Positions 7,224 to 15,081 of a stretch of 19,380 nt of DNA are shown here, in pieces. Position 1 is the stretch's first letter. Every line of letters begins with the position of its first letter. Origin of the DNA: Candidatus Thorarchaeota archaeon. GTDB taxonomy: Archaea; Asgardarchaeota; Thorarchaeia; Thorarchaeales; Thorarchaeaceae. Location of the stretch: contig JBHLRS010000050.1 in the NCBI GenBank assembly GCA_048882325.1, positions 1-19,380 on the forward strand, given 5' to 3'. The notes under the pieces were generated by a model, which saw nothing but the letters and a program-made list of their open reading frames with translations, did not search any database and was not told where the DNA came from. A program made the translations under genes and the position numbers.

Positions 7224-8564
7224 ATGTTGGCAGCGATTAGTTTGCACATCTACAGGTATCGGAAATACCTGGTGCTCACACTTGTTATTTCACTAATCGC
7301 TATACCTATCGCTGACACTCTTGTCATAGAGCGAGACCGCAATAGAAACGAGATGTATGGTGAGGCTTTCTGGCAATACGGATTCGGAGTCTATACACTG
7401 ACTGACACTGACCTGGCTGAACTTATGGGAGAACATTTCAATGACACTTTTCATGAACTCCCATCGTATCTGGGAGGAATTGCATATGAGTATCCTGTCT
7501 TTGGTTTGATATTCTTTGCAGTTGCCACATGGCTGTTTCCTGGCGAGGGAGGTCTACAGCACTTATGGATCAACTTCCTGTTAGCCCTTGTATTCAATTT
7601 GAACCTGGTTCTAATTGCAATACTACTGAAAGACAAACTCCAGACGAAAAATTGGGCTCGGATGTTCTTTGCTGGTTACTTTGTATATGGCCTTGTCATG
7701 TCTTCGGGAGGAGGGAAACTTGAACCACTTGTAGACTGCTTGCTGCTAATGGCACTGGTACTCTGGCAGGAGGGACAATATGGCAAAGCAATGTTTACAC
7801 TTGGTTTGAGTGTACAGACCAAAGTATACTCAGTTGTAGTGTTTCCAGTACTTTTCCTGACAAATCCTGTTTCATCGATATGGTTCCTCGCATCAATGCT
7901 TGTTTCGGTGATTCCATCATTCTTTGGAGCCAGTTTTGACTCCCTCATATCGCACTTCCTAAACACGTCCAGCTATAGTGTGTACATCGTAAATCCAATT
8001 TTCCCGGGGTTGATCTGGGCCACTCCTGTAGACCCAAATGCGGCTGTAATCGAATATTACTGGTGGCCACCTGCCGCTATTCCGCTATTCCTCTATGCAT
8101 TCTTCCTACTGATGACAATCAGACGATATCTTCCATCAAAGAAAGACTTTGAAGGCAAATCGATTCGATTTAAGCTGCTGGAACTCAAACCATTCTATCT
8201 ATATCTACTACCCGGCATACTCTTCGTGTTTCGCTGGATTATGCCTTGGTATCTATATTGGTTGGCTATCGTCGTTTTACTATTTGACAAAGATGAACAG
8301 GCAGTAGGTTATATGAAACAGCTAACGGTTGTGGGTTTTCTATACCTAATAGGTCTGTTCTGTAACTGGCACTACTTCATCTCATATCCATTGCCTGACT
8401 TCATTGGACACTTTCCGCAGGGCGAAAACACCATTCTAGGAGTGGCTCTAATTGCTATTCTTGCAAGTCTGACATACGTACTATGGAGATGGGAATTCAA
8501 TCGCAGGGACAGAAAACAAAAGCTAATTCGTGAAGCAGAAATTCGTGGAGAACTCATTATCTGA
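7224..8564 (+). CDS. Polytopic membrane protein, GT-C (GT87/PimE-like) glycosyltransferase-like
   Basis: Many hydrophobic segments; first-loop YEYPV motif; LGLSVQTKVY (G....K.Y) and MPWY motifs typical of GT-C folds. Start could be TTG 7197 or ATG 7224. Confidence 0.6.
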   Translation: MLAAISLHIYRYRKYLVLTLVISLIAIPIADTLVIERDRNRNEMYGEAFWQYGFGVYTLTDTDLAELMGEHFNDTFHELPSYLGGIAYEYPVFGLIFFAVATWLFPGEGGLQHLWINFLLALVFNLNLVLIAILLKDKLQTKNWARMFFAGYFVYGLVMSSGGGKLEPLVDCLLLMALVLWQEGQYGKAMFTLGLSVQTKVYSVVVFPVLFLTNPVSSIWFLASMLVSVIPSFFGASFDSLISHFLNTSSYSVYIVNPIFPGLIWATPVDPNAAVIEYYWWPPAAIPLFLYAFFLLMTIRRYLPSKKDFEGKSIRFKLLELKPFYLYLLPGILFVFRWIMPWYLYWLAIVVLLFDKDEQAVGYMKQLTVVGFLYLIGLFCNWHYFISYPLPDFIGHFPQGENTILGVALIAILASLTYVLWRWEFNRRDRKQKLIREAEIRGELII

Positions 8565-8566
8565 TA

Positions 8567-9028
8567 CTAACGAGGAGTCCCATTCTCACGATAATAATCA
8601 ATTATGCGCTGTCTAATCAATGTCGACGAACAAAGTCCATCTGCATCACGTTTCTCCAATCTCACAATCTTGGTGTTCAGACCCTTATCCGCGAAGAGGG
8701 CTTCCAATGCACTTGTGTCAGTGTATTGGTCATATCCAAGTGCAATAATGTCGGGTTTGACCTCTGAAACAATCTTGGTGTGGTCATCCGTGTCTAGACC
8801 AACTATGGCTCTATCAACAAACTTCAATGACTCAACAATCCTACGTCGCTGTTCTGCAGGAAACACTGGTGGCGCCCCACGTTCCCTGACAATGGTCTTG
8901 TCCAGAGCAATGACCACAATTAGCTCCCCGTCTTCTCCAGCCAGTTCTTTTGCCTGTTCAAGATAGGAAACATGCCCAAGATGAAGGATGTCGAACTTTC
9001 CCGCTGCAAGGACTCTTTTTCCTTTCAT
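8567..9028 (-). CDS. ribL: Archaeal FAD synthase (cytidylyltransferase-like nucleotidyltransferase)
   Basis: RVLAAGKFDILHLGH (HxGH), R..IVESLKFVD, KPDIIALGYDQ, CSSTLIRQRI; ~150 aa length matches RibL. Confidence 0.82.
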   Translation of the reverse strand: MKGKRVLAAGKFDILHLGHVSYLEQAKELAGEDGELIVVIALDKTIVRERGAPPVFPAEQRRRIVESLKFVDRAIVGLDTDDHTKIVSEVKPDIIALGYDQYTDTSALEALFADKGLNTKIVRLEKRDADGLCSSTLIRQRIIDYYRENGTPR

Positions 9029-9046
9029 CGGGATAACACCTGTGAC

Positions 9047-9307
9047 TTAGTCCTCATCCACAGCGAGGAACATATCGCTCTCAGTGATAACCTCAACACG
9101 ACGTTTTGTTTTGGTTATCTGACTGACATGAACAAGTCCATTGATCTCAAGCTGTAACAGAGCTGCGTTGAGTTCTGCTTCACTTGGTTCTGTTCCAAGT
9201 TCTTTCTTCAGTGCTCTGATGAGTTCGTCGTCAAGGATAACTCCGCGTCGCTTCTTTACTATATCGACGACCAAATTCGTCATAGGCATTGCATTCCATG
9301 GAGCCAA
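9047..9307 (-). CDS. Small conserved-looking winged-helix protein downstream of cdc48
   Basis: TTG start with GGTGAG SD; helix-helix-helix plus beta-hairpin pattern (ELNAALLQLEINGLVHV...KRRVEV); acidic C-terminus. Confidence 0.75.
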   Translation of the reverse strand: MAPWNAMPMTNLVVDIVKKRRGVILDDELIRALKKELGTEPSEAELNAALLQLEINGLVHVSQITKTKRRVEVITESDMFLAVDED

Positions 9308-9326
9308 GTTCTTCTCACCTTACTGA

Positions 9327-11534
9327 TTATCCGTAGATTGCATGAGCATGCTGGTCTACCTCTGTGGTTCTACGGAGTGTCTTGTCCATCTTCCGGTAAC
9401 GCTCTAGCATCTCTTTAGTCACTGAAGAGTGTACTGACTCGATTGCTTCTTCGAAATGTTTCCACGAAACAACGTCGTTATCAAAATCATCCCTAAGAGC
9501 TCTCATTCCTGCTTCTCTACAGATTGCCTCGATGTCTCCACCAACATAGTGCTCAGTCATTTCTACGAGCTTGCCGATCTGTTTTTCAACATCATCCGCC
9601 AGTGGCATTCCCTCTGTGTAGATTTGAAAGATTGCTTTCCTGCTTTCGGAATCAGGTGCGTCAACGTAAACAAATCTGTCAAACCTGCCTGTTCTGAGCA
9701 AAGCTTTGTCTATGAGTTCAGGACGGTTTGTTGCTGCAATCACTACAATGTCCTTCATTGACTCAAGTCCATCCATCTCCGTCAGGAGCTGACTGATTAC
9801 TCTCTGATTGTGTACTGCTCCTGGACCATCTCCTCCAGCTCCCCTTGTAGGTGCTAGGGCATCAATTTCATCGAAGAATATGATAGCAGGTGCTGCAGTT
9901 CTCGCCTTTCGGAAGACCTCTCGGATTGCCTTCTCGCTCTCCCCAACCCACTTTGAAATGAGTTCAGGACCTTTTACACTGATGAAGTTAGCCTCACTCT
10001 CAGTTGCTACTGCTCGTGCCAAGAGTGTTTTACCACATCCTGGAGGTCCAAAGACGAGTACTCCCTTTGGTGGAGTGATTCCTAGGCGACGGAATGATTC
10101 GGGTCTCTTAAGAGGCCATTCAACAACCTCTTTCAGTTCTTGCTTAGCCTTTTCAAGCCCTCCGATGTCACTCCAACTCACATCTGGAACTTCAATGAAG
10201 ACCTCTCTGACAGCTGATGGCTGTATCTCTTTCAGAGCCTCAAGGAAATCTCCATTATGAACCTCTAGCTTTTCGAGTACATCCTGGGGTATCTCGTCAG
10301 CCTCCAGGTCTATTTGAGGAAGGTATCTTCTAAGTGCCTTCATGGCCGCCTCTCTGCATAGTGCATTGAGGTCTGCACCAACAAATCCATGAGTAATCTT
10401 GGCAAGATTCTGAAGATTGACTGTGCCATCACCCTCTGTGGTCAAGGGCATTCCCCTTGAGTGGATAAGAAGCACCTCCAGTCTTCCCGTTTCATCAGGC
10501 ACTCCAATCTCAATCTCACGATCAAACCTGCCAGGGCGACGAAGTGCTGGATCCAGTGCGTTCACTCGATTTGTTGCACCTATAACTACAACCTGACCAC
10601 GTACCTTGAGTCCATCCATTGTAGCTAGAAGCTGTGCAACTACACGTCGCTCAACCTCACCCTGTACATCTTCCCTCTTGGGTGCGATTGCATCCAACTC
10701 ATCGATGAATATAATACTCGGGGCGTTCTCTTCTGCTTCTTCAAAGATTTTTCGTAGTTTTTGCTCTGATTCACCATAGAACTTGGACATGATCTCTGGA
10801 CCATTGATATGAACAAAGTTTGCCTCAGACTCTCCAGCAACAGCCTTTGCCAGTAGTGTCTTTCCTGTGCCTGGCGGTCCATGAAGAATCAGACCTCTTG
10901 GCGGATCAATTCCCAGTCTCTTGAAAATCTCTGGGTGTTTCATCGGAAGCTCCACCATCTCTCTGATTCTTTGAATCTCATCAGACAACCCACCAATTTC
11001 CTCGTAGGTCACCTGTGCCGCACCAACAACATCTCCGGTTGGCTTCTCTGCAATGGCTAGTATTGTGGAATGCTGAACCACAACTGTTCCAGTTGGTTTT
11101 ATGGAAGTAACCTTGAACGGTATAGCTCTCCCAAGAATTGGAATGAAAACAGTGTCTTGGGTTGTAACAGGACAGTTCAGGAGCTTTCGCTTGACGAATT
11201 CCTCAAATCGTGGCTCTGGTCTGATTGGCACAGAGGTTGGCGCAAGTGTCACATTCTTTGCTGGTTCTTCATTGGCTCGAGTGACAGTCACCTTCTCACT
11301 CAGACTTACCCCTGCGTTCCTTCTGATTCGACCATCCATCCGTATGATCTCGCGACCTTTGTCGCCCTGATACGCTGGCCAAGCAATAGCTGCAGTGACT
11401 CTCTTGCCCTTAATCTGGATAATGTCTCCAGTTCTGACTCCCAGCTTCTCCATTGAAACAGCGTCAATACGGACTATGAACCTGCCAATGTCTCTGTGTT
11501 CGGCCTCTGCGACCTTAAGAATAATTTCGACCAT
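9327..11534 (-). CDS. cdc48: Cdc48/VCP (p97/VAT) AAA+ ATPase
   Basis: N-domain (LKVAEA...DIGR, IIRMDG..R.NAGV); D1 [22 protein letters not shown]; D2 [28 protein letters not shown]; C-terminal HbYX (IYG). ATG 11534 preferred because the track's TTG start overlaps the GGAGG SD. Confidence 0.98.
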   Translation of the reverse strand: MVEIILKVAEAEHRDIGRFIVRIDAVSMEKLGVRTGDIIQIKGKRVTAAIAWPAYQGDKGREIIRMDGRIRRNAGVSLSEKVTVTRANEEPAKNVTLAPTSVPIRPEPRFEEFVKRKLLNCPVTTQDTVFIPILGRAIPFKVTSIKPTGTVVVQHSTILAIAEKPTGDVVGAAQVTYEEIGGLSDEIQRIREMVELPMKHPEIFKRLGIDPPRGLILHGPPGTGKTLLAKAVAGESEANFVHINGPEIMSKFYGESEQKLRKIFEEAEENAPSIIFIDELDAIAPKREDVQGEVERRVVAQLLATMDGLKVRGQVVVIGATNRVNALDPALRRPGRFDREIEIGVPDETGRLEVLLIHSRGMPLTTEGDGTVNLQNLAKITHGFVGADLNALCREAAMKALRRYLPQIDLEADEIPQDVLEKLEVHNGDFLEALKEIQPSAVREVFIEVPDVSWSDIGGLEKAKQELKEVVEWPLKRPESFRRLGITPPKGVLVFGPPGCGKTLLARAVATESEANFISVKGPELISKWVGESEKAIREVFRKARTAAPAIIFFDEIDALAPTRGAGGDGPGAVHNQRVISQLLTEMDGLESMKDIVVIAATNRPELIDKALLRTGRFDRFVYVDAPDSESRKAIFQIYTEGMPLADDVEKQIGKLVEMTEHYVGGDIEAICREAGMRALRDDFDNDVVSWKHFEEAIESVHSSVTKEMLERYRKMDKTLRRTTEVDQHAHAIYG

Positions 11535-11659
11535 TTCGTTGAAGCATCCTCCCAATTCGTTATTATACTATGAGAAACCGGACGGAATGTGTCAAATCAT
11601 TGAAATTCGTCCTGCTTCTGCTATTCAATGTTTCTTTGTTTGCCCATTTAATCAGATAC

Positions 11660-11680
11660 AGAACCTGTGTATATAGTTCT
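11660..11680 (-). promoter_or_regulatory. Putative cdc48 TATA box flanked by an AGAAC-N11-GTTCT inverted repeat
   Basis: Minus strand reads AGAAC-TATATACACAG-GTTCT. Confidence 0.3.
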
Positions 11681-11742
11681 AAGGGTGTTTAATACCTGTT
11701 AGAGGGCCCTGGGAGAGTCAAGAATTCGTGGATTACGCGCCA

Positions 11743-12009
11743 CTACATCCTGGAAACTCTTTCCACTTCGACCTGTGACACTCCCTCGACAGCGCTTATG
11801 GCCTCTTCTATATCGTCAGTACCACCCATTGACTCATCTCTTGCGAGATTCATTCTTAGTGCTTTGAGTCCAAAAGCCACTGGCTGTGTTTCTGTTGCAC
11901 CTAAATCCGTTCCCTCTGGAATCACATTCTTGATTTTTTCAAGTAGGTCATCTAAGTCAACTTCAATGTCTTCGGGCATAATCCGTAGGGTCATAACTAC
12001 TCGTGCCAT
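11743..12009 (-). CDS. ef1b: Translation elongation factor aEF-1beta
   Basis: MARVVMTLRIMPEDIEVDLD...PVAFGLKAL...GGTDDIEEAISAVEGVSQVEV; GGAGA SD before ATG 12009. The track's longer N-terminus overlaps the Zn-finger gene. Confidence 0.96.
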   Translation of the reverse strand: MARVVMTLRIMPEDIEVDLDDLLEKIKNVIPEGTDLGATETQPVAFGLKALRMNLARDESMGGTDDIEEAISAVEGVSQVEVERVSRM

Positions 12010-12031
12010 TATGTTCGTCTCCAAAATTCGA

Positions 12032-12199
12032 CTATGGCCCCTCGAACCCGCAATTCGGGCAAGTGTACCTGTTAGAGAATCGCCTGCACGACTCACATCG
12101 CCAGATAGTGAACTCACCACATGATGGACACTTGAACTTCACACCGTCCTCCTGAGGAGAAACAGACGCGTGACACGAAGTACACCTGATAGCTCTCAT
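12032..12199 (-). CDS. Small Zn-finger protein (DUF1610 / HVO_2753-like), not in ORF track
   Basis: MRAIRCTSCHASVSPQEDGVKFKCPSCGEFTIWRCESCRRFSNRYTCPNCGFEGP: four CxxC pairs and a terminal GFEGP; this family usually lies upstream of aEF-1beta. Alternative TTG start at 12208. Confidence 0.93.
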   Translation of the reverse strand: MRAIRCTSCHASVSPQEDGVKFKCPSCGEFTIWRCESCRRFSNRYTCPNCGFEGP

Positions 12200-12357
12200 A
12201 GTTGCCAAATTATCACCAGAAGGTTTACTGATACCTAGGGCACCAGTTTTGGGGGCGTGCTGATGAGTTATTATAAATCTGTCGAAGTGTAAGTATCATC
12301 CCCAAGCATATATTCTTGAGATACGTCTGATTGTATAAACAACACGGAGCGGATTGA

Positions 12358-13422
12358 ATGGGTACAAAGCTCGGGAACATAGTTGATGCGACACCAATCT
12401 CACTGGCAGACCTGTCAGGAAAGAAAGTTGCCATTGATGCCTTCAACGCAATCTATGCATTTCTCTCCATTATCAGACAACCCGATGGAACCCCTTTATC
12501 AGATAGACAAGGAAGAGTGACCAGTCACCTTAGCGGCCTGTTCTACCGTAACATTAACCTTCTGGAGAATGGAATCTATCCTGTGTATGTATTCGACGGT
12601 GAAGCTCCAAAGTTAAAGGCAAGAGAGGTTGAAAAAAGGCGAGAGATCAGAGAGACCGCATATGTCGAGTGGCAGGCGGCCAAAGCTGAAGGCAGAATTG
12701 AGGATGCGCTTAAAGCTGCTAAAGGAAGCTCTCGACTGACTTCTCCAATGATTGAGGAGAGTAAGCAGCTACTTGTTGCTTTGGGAATCCCAGCCATCCA
12801 AGCACCCTCAGAGGGTGAAGCTCTTGCTGCACAAATGGCCCGTGATGGAGTAGTTTGGGCAAGCGCTAGCCAAGACAATGATTCGCTTCTCTACAATTGT
12901 CCTCGGATGATTCGAAACCTCTCTCTGTCAGGAAGACGCAGAGGAGGGAGATCTTCGAAACCAGTTACTCCTGAGCTCATCGATCTCGACAAGAACTTAC
13001 GACTATTGGAACTTACACGAGAACAGCTCATCGATGTAGCAATCCTGATAGGTACCGACTACAACGATAATGTGACGGGTGTGGGTCCGAAAACAGCTCT
13101 GAAGCTTGTAAAAAAACATGGCTCTTTAGAGGACATCGAATCCGCCTTCAAGAGCTCAAAGAATCCCAAGGATAAGGAGAAACTTGTTGAGATTCAGGGC
13201 ATTCCATATGATGAAATCCGAGAGATCTTTCTCAATCCTCCACAAATGGAAACAACAACCCCCGAATGGTCCAACCCAAAGCCTGATGAGATTCAGAAGA
13301 TTCTCTGTTCAGAACATGACTTCAGCGAGTCTAGAGTGCAGAAGTCACTTGAGAGATTAACAAATGCACTTGAGGAACTACGAGACTCGACACTTCAGAG
13401 TTCACTCTCTGATTTCTTCTAA
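12358..13422 (+). CDS. fen: Flap endonuclease 1
   Basis: AIDAFN, IRQPDGTPL, TSHLSGLFYR, VFDG, APSEGEA, SQDNDS, GTDYN, GVGPKTA; C-terminal PIP box QSSLSDFF. Confidence 0.98.
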   Translation: MGTKLGNIVDATPISLADLSGKKVAIDAFNAIYAFLSIIRQPDGTPLSDRQGRVTSHLSGLFYRNINLLENGIYPVYVFDGEAPKLKAREVEKRREIRETAYVEWQAAKAEGRIEDALKAAKGSSRLTSPMIEESKQLLVALGIPAIQAPSEGEALAAQMARDGVVWASASQDNDSLLYNCPRMIRNLSLSGRRRGGRSSKPVTPELIDLDKNLRLLELTREQLIDVAILIGTDYNDNVTGVGPKTALKLVKKHGSLEDIESAFKSSKNPKDKEKLVEIQGIPYDEIREIFLNPPQMETTTPEWSNPKPDEIQKILCSEHDFSESRVQKSLERLTNALEELRDSTLQSSLSDFF

Positions 13423-13424
13423 CT

Positions 13425-13442
13425 TCCGTGACGGATATATAG
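13425..13442 (+). promoter_or_regulatory. Palindrome TCCGT-G-ACGGA directly upstream of a TATA-like TATATAG for the RPA32-like gene
   Basis: Seen directly in sequence; GGTGA SD precedes ATG 13484. Confidence 0.35.
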
Positions 13443-13483
13443 TGACACTACGAGGCATTAGTAAGGTACGGTGAATAGCTCAA

Positions 13484-14170
13484 ATGAGAGAGAGAATAAC
13501 TGCAGTCAGAGCTTCCATCTCTGACATCACCAATGGTACTTACTCGGATGACAATGGCCCACATGTGGTTTCTCCCTTCGGTGTCGAACTAAGGCGAGTG
13601 GTGCTTATCGGATTCGTTGTGAATAAGTTTCACAGGGATGCTGATGACACAGGTAAGAAGCGGTTTGAGAGTATAACACTGGATGATGGGACTGAAACCA
13701 TTGGAGTGAAAGTCTGGGGTGAGGATGAAGCGAATGTCCTTGAAGGAGTAAAAGAGAATATTCTGGCCATGGTGATTGGCAAGGTACGAATGTACAATGA
13801 CGAGATTCATGTAATACCCGAAGTGGTCAGAGAGTTGACCGACCCCAACTTCATGAGCCTTCATCTTATGGAACGGTACAAAGCTATTCTGAATCGTAGT
13901 GGTGTATCTCTGCCTGATACGATGGAACAACAACAGGAACTGCTGCCATCAGCTCCTGCAAAACCTGTTTCTGGAAAGCTAGCGAATGATATCATTGCGT
14001 ACGTTAGACTGGAAGCGCCTCCTGAAGGAATACCTCTGAAGGATATTGTTGCGTACTTTGAGAAGAAAGGACAGGACTCTGAGAGGACTCAGACCAAGGT
14101 CTTCAATCTCGTTGCTGAGGGTGCACTCAATGAGGTCAGTATTGGACACTTCCGCACATCAGACATGTGA
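13484..14170 (+). CDS. RPA32/RPA2-like ssDNA-binding subunit (OB fold + helix + linker + winged helix)
   Basis: RVVLIGFVV, ITLDDGTETIGVKVW, VIGKVRMYNDE, DPNFMSLHLME helix, Q/P-rich linker, WH-like IIAYVR...GIPLKDIV...VFNLVAEGALNEV...HFR. Confidence 0.8.
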   Translation: MRERITAVRASISDITNGTYSDDNGPHVVSPFGVELRRVVLIGFVVNKFHRDADDTGKKRFESITLDDGTETIGVKVWGEDEANVLEGVKENILAMVIGKVRMYNDEIHVIPEVVRELTDPNFMSLHLMERYKAILNRSGVSLPDTMEQQQELLPSAPAKPVSGKLANDIIAYVRLEAPPEGIPLKDIVAYFEKKGQDSERTQTKVFNLVAEGALNEVSIGHFRTSDM

Positions 14171-14224
14171 TCAAGGCATCAGTCGGAGCAATACCTTCAA
14201 TAGCGATTAGGAGAGAAATCATGT

Positions 14225-14638
14225 ATGGACGACTACGACAAGCTTCTAGATAGAGCCCGTTCACAGGTGCCTGAGGATGCCTTCAAAAGATCCGGAGAAC
14301 GATTTCAGGTTCCTGATGTTCAAATGATTGTTCAAGGGAACAGAAGTATCTGGCAGAACTTTCAGGAAATCATCAATATCCTACATCGTCCTGGAAAAGA
14401 GGTTTTGAAGTTCGTAGCTCAGCAGCTCGGAACTGCAGGAAACATAGAGGGCAGCAACGCTCTGTTCAATGGTAAGTTTAACCAAGAACAGGTAGACGAT
14501 GTTCTCAACCGTTACATCGACTCGTATGTTATTTGCCCTGTTTGTACTCGTCCAGATACCGAAATCCAGAAGGACGACAATGTATATCTGCTTGTATGTA
14601 GCGCGTGTGGGGCTAGAACTGCCATACGTCCTGTCTAA
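14225..14638 (+). CDS. eif2b: Translation initiation factor aIF2 beta subunit
   Basis: YDKLLDRA, ERFQVP, NFQEI...L.R, YVICPVCTRPDT, CSACGA. Confidence 0.96.
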   Translation: MDDYDKLLDRARSQVPEDAFKRSGERFQVPDVQMIVQGNRSIWQNFQEIINILHRPGKEVLKFVAQQLGTAGNIEGSNALFNGKFNQEQVDDVLNRYIDSYVICPVCTRPDTEIQKDDNVYLLVCSACGARTAIRPV

Positions 14639-14654
14639 CCGGAGGGACCCAGAA

Positions 14655-14954
14655 TTGGTGCAGGTCTACATGCGAGTGAGCGAAACACACGAGCACTATG
14701 TTGTAGCAATGTGCGATAAGAGCCTCTTAGGAAAGACCCTGAAGCAGGGTGAACTGCATTTCAAAGTGAGTGAGGAATTCTACGGTGGAGAGCTTGTTGA
14801 CCTCAAAGTTTGCATGCAGCACCTTGAGAAAGCAACAATTGCGAATATGGTGGGAAAGAAGACCGTAGAGGCTGCAATGAATGCAGGTCTAGTACATGAG
14901 CAGGCAGTCCTGTATATTGAGGGTCATCCACACGCACAATGGGTCAAGCTCTAG
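14655..14954 (+). CDS. DUF424 family protein
   Basis: VVAMCDKSLLGK, VSEEFYGG, ATIANMVGKKTVEAA, IEGHPHAQ; TTG start at 14655 with GGAGGG SD at 14641-14646. Confidence 0.9.
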   Translation: MVQVYMRVSETHEHYVVAMCDKSLLGKTLKQGELHFKVSEEFYGGELVDLKVCMQHLEKATIANMVGKKTVEAAMNAGLVHEQAVLYIEGHPHAQWVKL

Positions 14955-15001
14955 TGCTGACAACCTCCACTGCCGCCACTACACAGACCATCCTGACTCA
15001 T
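14951..15001 (-). CDS. Candidate 16-aa micro-protein MSQDGLCSGGSGGCQH
   Basis: ATG preceded by AAAGGAGTAGGAGAACTG; its TAG overlaps the DUF424 TAG in a CTAG palindrome. No family recognised. Confidence 0.4.
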   Translation of the reverse strand: MSQDGLCSGGSGGCQH

Positions 15002-15081
15002 CAGTTCTCCTACTCCTTTCAGATATGTTCGAACGGACTGTACTTACGTTTTGTACTCAACAGTCCACGTTTTAAGCAAAA

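Noticed and set aside
5199-9028. Idea that the PAPS-reductase-fold protein is a eukaryote-type FAD synthase functionally linked to nearby ribL
   Set aside because: The genes are on opposite strands with an intervening gene; Fe-S and PUA domains argue for another role.
9456-11676. Plus-strand ORFs antisense to cdc48, and similar shadow ORFs opposite aor, the PAPS-reductase-like gene, fen, nmd3 and rio1
   Set aside because: Antisense shadows of well-supported conserved genes, with no motifs.
12260-12330. TGATGA...CTGA resembling a C/D-box sRNA, and CTGATGAG resembling a hammerhead core
   Set aside because: No convincing C'/D' boxes or terminal stem and no GAAA with stem II. The region is better explained as divergent promoters (TTATAAA 12271-77).
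14499-14654. ORF-track N-terminal extension of DUF424 (likewise EF-1beta 12010-12120 and cdc48 11535-11555)
   Set aside because: These extensions overlap real upstream genes or SD sites; downstream starts fit better.
14997-15004. Minus-strand CTGATGAG as a hammerhead or C-box
   Set aside because: No downstream GAAA or canonical CUGA D box.
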